Shown here: piece by piece, positions 59,067 to 64,000 of the stretch
Layout: each line of letters begins with the position of its first letter
Position numbering within the stretch: position 1 is the first letter of the stretch
Assembly (NCBI GenBank): GCA_965230295.1
Contig: OZ246001.1
Location: 992,001 to 1,056,000 of the forward strand
Source: Marinicella sp.
GTDB lineage: Bacteria; Pseudomonadota; Gammaproteobacteria; Xanthomonadales; Marinicellaceae
DNA: 64,000 nt
Reading direction: 5' to 3'
Notes under the pieces: model-generated
What the model saw: the letters and a program-made list of their open reading frames with translations, nothing else
Told to the model about the DNA's origin: nothing
The model's database searches: none
Program-made: the position numbers and the translations under genes

Positions 59067-62000
59067 TCATTGCGGTTCAAATCTGTCGACAAAAATCCCT
59101 TCGACAAAGGGGTAATAAATGCCCATCGTATCTAAATTGCGAGTGCCAATCCAACCACCCCAGACAATCATTTCAGACCCCGTCCATGTGGCTGAATGAA
59201 AGGTCCTGGCTTGGGGCACCCATTCAAGGTCAGTGGGCAGCCAGCGATCTGTACTCGGGTTGTAACTGCCACCGGTGTCGGAATTGCCATTGGTTAAACC
59301 ACCCCAAATGACCATTTCTTTCCCGGTCCAAATATTGGAATTGTAGTTTCTTGCTGTTGGCGCATTTGCCGTTGTCATGGTTGTCCATTCGTCAGTCATT
59401 GTGTTGTACTTGGCTCCTGTGTTTAATGAATCCTGATTGAGCCCTCCCCAAACCATCACTTCACCGTCAAACCAAATTAATTGGTGATGCCTTCTCGCTT
59501 CTGGCGCTCCTGCTGTGTTCATGCTGCGCCAACTGTCTGTGGTCGGGTCATAACGACCGCCCTCGTTGCTTATGACACCCGATAAGCTGCCACCCCAGAC
59601 CACCATTTCATTGTCGGTCCAGACGGCACCGTGATAAAACCTCCCGGCCGGTGCATCCAGGCTGTTGATGGCTTGCCATTGATCCAAAGTTGGGTCATAG
59701 GAACTGCCGGTGTTGAGTGCACCTTGCGCTGAAGAGCCGCCCCAGACAAGCATGTGTTCGCCGTTCCAAACAGCGGTGTGAAACCTTCTGGCAGTGGGAA
59801 CATTGTTTAATGACGTGGGTAACCAAATGTTGTTTAGTGGGTCATAACGCCCCCCTGTGTCTTCATAAGTATTCCATTGCGATCCGCCCCACACGATCAT
59901 TTCAGACCCGGTCCATATGGTGGTGTGCTCATACCTACCTGATGGTGCTTGATTGTTGGTTATTGAAACCCAGCGATCTGTTGCCAGTGAGTAAAGCCCA
60001 CCCGTATCCAGGTAAGAAGTGCCTTTACCACGACCACCCCAAACCAACAGATCATTACCCGTCCATACGGCTGAATGACTGCTTCTTGCTTCTATCGCAG
60101 TTACTGTGTTCGCGGTGATAGGTGTCCAACTGTCTTCTGATGGGTTGTATCGACCACCATCGTCATGGTGTAGCGGAAATGTATCAACTTGACCACCCCA
60201 AACAACCATTTCTACACCAGTCCACACCGCCGTATGATCCTCACGTCTGCCCGGTGCCTGGACAGTAGAAATTCCATTCCAATCATCTGAAACTGGGTTA
60301 TACCTTAAGCCCGAATTCAATATGGTGTAGTTACAGCCTGGGTTATTGGGGATATCAAAACATATGGCACCACCCCACAGAATCAGTTCTTCACCGGTCC
60401 AAATCATCGAATAATTTTTTCTGGAATACGGTTCATTGATTTCCTCACTTATTTGCCAGGTGTCATCCAAAGGATCATAGATGTGTAACCGTGTGTCGAA
60501 TCCAGGACCTCCCCCGCCATAAACCATCATAACATCATCTGCCCATATGGCACCATGGTTATTTCTGGAGGTGATCGGGTTGTTGGCAATTTCAACCCAG
60601 GAATCTGTGCTGGGGTTGTAACGAGCGCCTGAATCAAGGTAACTGGTGACCACCCCATTAACCCGACTCATGCCACCCCACACAATCATGTCTTCTCCCG
60701 TCCACACTGCGGTGTGGAAATGTCTGGGAAGAGGACTGTAGCTTAGCGATGTTGTCTTCCATGTGTCACTCACAGGATCATAAATTCCACCCGTGTTGGC
60801 GGACTCAGACCCGTTTTCAGGAAGTCGCCCTCCCCAGACGATCATTTCATTTCCAGTCCAAACGGTGGTGTGTTGGTTACGTACTTCAGGCGCATTGACT
60901 GCTGACATTTCGCGCCATGTCTTGTGCAAAGGGTTATAACGTTTTCCTGTGTTGTTGACTTGATTACTGATTCCTCCCCATATCAACATTTCAGTGCCTG
61001 TCCACACAGCACTGTGTAAAAACCGTCCCGTTGGCGCATTCTCCATGGTGATCATTTCCCAAGAGTCGCTGGCTGGGCTGTATATACCGCCGGTATTGTT
61101 CAGCTCGTAATCAAAACCACCCCAAATGATCATTTCAGAGCCCGTCCATAGGGCTGAGTGCGCATACCTAGCAGTGGGTTGTTTGGGTGGTTCCCAACGG
61201 TTGCTGATCGATGAATAGTCGGCTTTTTTTGTGGCTTTGCTGTCAATTGCAGTCAATACCAAACTTGACTTAAAACTGGGTAAGGCAATGGGAAAATCTT
61301 GCAGGTTTAACCGTGCCATCCAACTTTCCAGGGATTGCTTTGGCCAAATTAACGATTGGCTGTGAATGGCCTTATCAGTCTTTTGGGTTAACTTTGTGTA
61401 GCTGAATCCTGACTGACTTTCTTCCAACAATGGCCGCTCATTCAGCTTCTCAAACATTCGCTTGAAGTCTGCAGGGCCCAGCTCAATTGTTGCGCCAAGG
61501 TCATATTTACTTTTGTGTTTTGCTTGATCACTGCTTAACAAATAGGTAACTTCACGGGTAACCACATCAGCAGATAATCCCATTGATGTGTCTAAATATT
61601 CATACAACTCATCGGTGGCTCTGTTTTTTAAATCATGATGTATCTCTTCATTGCTGTAATAGCTTTCATTAAGTAGCGAGCTCACCAAATAAGGCCTCGA
61701 CAAACACAAAGCAACTGTCTCAGGGTGATTATCAAGCGTTTGGTAGATTTGCTTCAAAGCATCGGCATCTTTGGTGTTGCGAGACATCCGGTCAATATCA
61801 GCTTGCATCAAGACTGAATTGATTTCAATGCCGAAAACATCAGCCAGAACATGTTGTTTCTTTAAACTCAATAGGGTTTGATGGTGCAGTTCCTGCTCAT
61901 CAAAAACTTCATCAAAGTGTGGTTTTTTTCCATTTTGTTTAGGCCACATTGTGTTTTGCCATTGCAACTTTTTAAGTTGAGTTTGACAATCAACCAAACT

Positions 62001-62114
62001 GTCCACATAGCTGGTTTCGTTTAGCTGATTCCAGTGAGTGGTGGCTTGGGTTGTGGCAGCTAAAAAAGTGTTTATTACAATCCAAATGACATTTGATCGA
62101 CTTGAGTTAAGCAT
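59067..62114 (-). CDS. Secreted Kelch-repeat protein with GIFVDRFE tail
   Basis: About 14 repeats of R..HTAVWTG.EMIVWGG...GG.Y.P..D.W after a helical N-terminal region. Confidence 0.88.
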   Translation of the reverse strand: MLNSSRSNVIWIVINTFLAATTQATTHWNQLNETSYVDSLVDCQTQLKKLQWQNTMWPKQNGKKPHFDEVFDEQELHHQTLLSLKKQHVLADVFGIEINSVLMQADIDRMSRNTKDADALKQIYQTLDNHPETVALCLSRPYLVSSLLNESYYSNEEIHHDLKNRATDELYEYLDTSMGLSADVVTREVTYLLSSDQAKHKSKYDLGATIELGPADFKRMFEKLNERPLLEESQSGFSYTKLTQKTDKAIHSQSLIWPKQSLESWMARLNLQDFPIALPSFKSSLVLTAIDSKATKKADYSSISNRWEPPKQPTARYAHSALWTGSEMIIWGGFDYELNNTGGIYSPASDSWEMITMENAPTGRFLHSAVWTGTEMLIWGGISNQVNNTGKRYNPLHKTWREMSAVNAPEVRNQHTTVWTGNEMIVWGGRLPENGSESANTGGIYDPVSDTWKTTSLSYSPLPRHFHTAVWTGEDMIVWGGMSRVNGVVTSYLDSGARYNPSTDSWVEIANNPITSRNNHGAIWADDVMMVYGGGGPGFDTRLHIYDPLDDTWQISEEINEPYSRKNYSMIWTGEELILWGGAICFDIPNNPGCNYTILNSGLRYNPVSDDWNGISTVQAPGRREDHTAVWTGVEMVVWGGQVDTFPLHHDDGGRYNPSEDSWTPITANTVTAIEARSSHSAVWTGNDLLVWGGRGKGTSYLDTGGLYSLATDRWVSITNNQAPSGRYEHTTIWTGSEMIVWGGSQWNTYEDTGGRYDPLNNIWLPTSLNNVPTARRFHTAVWNGEHMLVWGGSSAQGALNTGSSYDPTLDQWQAINSLDAPAGRFYHGAVWTDNEMVVWGGSLSGVISNEGGRYDPTTDSWRSMNTAGAPEARRHHQLIWFDGEVMVWGGLNQDSLNTGAKYNTMTDEWTTMTTANAPTARNYNSNIWTGKEMVIWGGLTNGNSDTGGSYNPSTDRWLPTDLEWVPQARTFHSATWTGSEMIVWGGWIGTRNLDTMGIYYPFVEGIFVDRFEPQ

Positions 62115-62289
62115 ATTAATCCTTTAATTCTGTTGAATAAGACAAGTTATTAATGGGTATATTACATGAATGGATGTTCAACTTTAGTTAAGTGGTGAAA
62201 TTCTCACTCCATTTAACTGCAAGAAAGTTGAATTTAACTGCAGTGGTTTTGCATATATACCCGCAATTGGGTATTTTGTCATCAATACA

Positions 62290-63963
62290 ATGACTCCACA
62301 CAACATGAGAATTTTATTTATTTGCAGCATGATGCTGGCCTTAAAATGTCAGGCATCCATCCCTATCAATCCCGGATTAGCTGGTATTTGGCACAACAAC
62401 GACACCCCTGGCCAAGGGGTGTTTATTGATGTGGTACCAACCAACAACACCCTTTTTGCCGGCTGGTTTACTTACATACCTGACAACACAGAACCAGCAA
62501 ACTCATATTGGCTGACCTTACTAGGTCCCTACAGCGGCTCTTTGGCTGAACTGACGATTTTTAGAACCACCAACGGCCAATTCAATACCACCACTGCTGT
62601 ACAGAACATACCTGTAGGCATTGCCAGCTTGTTATTTAACAGCTGTACATCTGCACTGTTTGAATACCAGTTGGATGAGTTCAATCTCAGTGGATCCATC
62701 GAATTGTCTCGCGTCACACCTGATGTGAATTGCTCTGATCTTATTGACTTCACGCCGCCACAACAAGCCACTTTCAATTACCCTCCTCAGGTTTCTCAAG
62801 TTGAGGCGATTGGTCATGACGAATACGTTGAGATCAGTTTTGACTTGATCGACTCAGAAAATGATTTGTTGGAACTGACATTCTTTGCTGTTGGCAGTGA
62901 GGGTCAATTGTATGAAATCCCTCAAGCTTATTTAACTGGCCATGTGGGTTATCCAGTACTTGGCGGGATGAATAAAACCGTGAAATGGAATTACACCGAT
63001 GACACCGCCTTTCAAGCACTCAACCTGGGCTCAGTAAAAATCAAAGTGGTGGCTGATGACCGCCAATACGCCACTTTACAAGAAATCATAGACGCTGTGA
63101 GTGAGGAACGTCTGATTGCTGACATCCAAGCCATAGAAGGCATTCGTCACCATCAATTTGGTCCTGCCGGCCTGACTGTAACCAGAAACCACATCAGGAC
63201 AGAAATGGCTGCACAACCCATAACCGTTGAAGAACAAACATTTACCTATTTGGGTTCACAAGGCATCAACCTCATTGGCACCTTAGCAGCTCAAGAAAGT
63301 ACTGAAGATGTCTACATCATTGACGGGCATTATGACACGGTTGGCGGCACTCCAGGCGCTGATGACAATGCCACGGGAACAGCAGGCATGTTAGAAGCCA
63401 TGCGTGTTTTGTCACAATTCAACAGCCAAAAGAACATCAAATTCATCGGCTTTGACAAAGAAGAGTTGGGTTTACGGGGCAGTCGCCACTATGCCGCCAA
63501 CATCGATGCGAATGAAAACATCAAAGGCTTGATTAATTTTGAAATGATTGGCTACACCTGTTCAGGAGAGCCAGAATGCGTCAACTTCCCCAATGCCGAC
63601 ACCTCCATCTATAACATCAAAAGCAACTTTGCTGACTTGATGAGTGACACTTTCAACCTCATCGGTGCAACCCATGTACCCGGGTTAAAAATCACTCCTG
63701 TCACTGACGATGGAGACCGTAATTTCAGGCGCAGTGACCATGCCCCATTTTGGGATTTGGGTGTTGATGCTTTGTTCCTGACTGATGGCGCTAATTTTCG
63801 CACCCCGCATTACCACCAAGCATCAGACCGTTTATCGACATTGGACACCGAGTTCATGACCCAAATTGTCAAAACAGCGGTTGGGACTTTGGCCACCCTG
63901 GCAGAAATCAGTCACACCTCTTATGGTTTCAGTGCTACAGTTGAATTGTTCAACCAACGCTGA
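62290..63963 (+). CDS. M28 family metallopeptidase with N-terminal GQG/WFTY domain
   Basis: GIWHNNDTPGQG...GWFTY; GHYDT, GADDNATG, EELGLRGS, EMIG, RSDHAPFW, YH. Confidence 0.88.
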   Translation: MTPHNMRILFICSMMLALKCQASIPINPGLAGIWHNNDTPGQGVFIDVVPTNNTLFAGWFTYIPDNTEPANSYWLTLLGPYSGSLAELTIFRTTNGQFNTTTAVQNIPVGIASLLFNSCTSALFEYQLDEFNLSGSIELSRVTPDVNCSDLIDFTPPQQATFNYPPQVSQVEAIGHDEYVEISFDLIDSENDLLELTFFAVGSEGQLYEIPQAYLTGHVGYPVLGGMNKTVKWNYTDDTAFQALNLGSVKIKVVADDRQYATLQEIIDAVSEERLIADIQAIEGIRHHQFGPAGLTVTRNHIRTEMAAQPITVEEQTFTYLGSQGINLIGTLAAQESTEDVYIIDGHYDTVGGTPGADDNATGTAGMLEAMRVLSQFNSQKNIKFIGFDKEELGLRGSRHYAANIDANENIKGLINFEMIGYTCSGEPECVNFPNADTSIYNIKSNFADLMSDTFNLIGATHVPGLKITPVTDDGDRNFRRSDHAPFWDLGVDALFLTDGANFRTPHYHQASDRLSTLDTEFMTQIVKTAVGTLATLAEISHTSYGFSATVELFNQR

Positions 63964-64000
63964 TTCACAACAATTGCTATGACCCAAGTAAAATGATGCA

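Overview
Chromosomal window (roughly 45-50% GC, estimated by eye) from a marine Gammaproteobacterium. The gene style resembles Marinicella/Xanthomonadales (inference). It holds about 50 CDS, one tRNA-Leu(CAG) and a TPP riboswitch. Recognisable modules: a purine-catabolism operon (puuD-alc-uraD-uraH-aldolase/citrate-lyase-like-xdhABC) in which allantoinase appears reduced to a 36-codon deletion relic; a TPP-riboswitch thiamine-salvage operon; Lrp with fused-E1/E2 2-oxoacid dehydrogenase; rph-rdgB-hemW; MoxR/VWA; and ttcA. The accessory content is dominated by exported proteins that carry one of two mutually exclusive modules: a C-terminal D/G-x-I-F-x-x-(G)-F tail (4 proteins) or an unnamed ~130-aa Trp-rich domain (4 proteins). 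There are also two DUF1800-DUF1501 pairs, each next to a cupredoxin gene. Non-coding repeats include three ~270-bp IS5-like MITEs, three ~150-bp structured repeats, REP-like clusters, and a ~100-bp duplication of the ttcA 5' region bracketing a 2.4-kb islet. No CRISPR array, integrase or transposase was seen. Family names come from motif recognition, not database searches.
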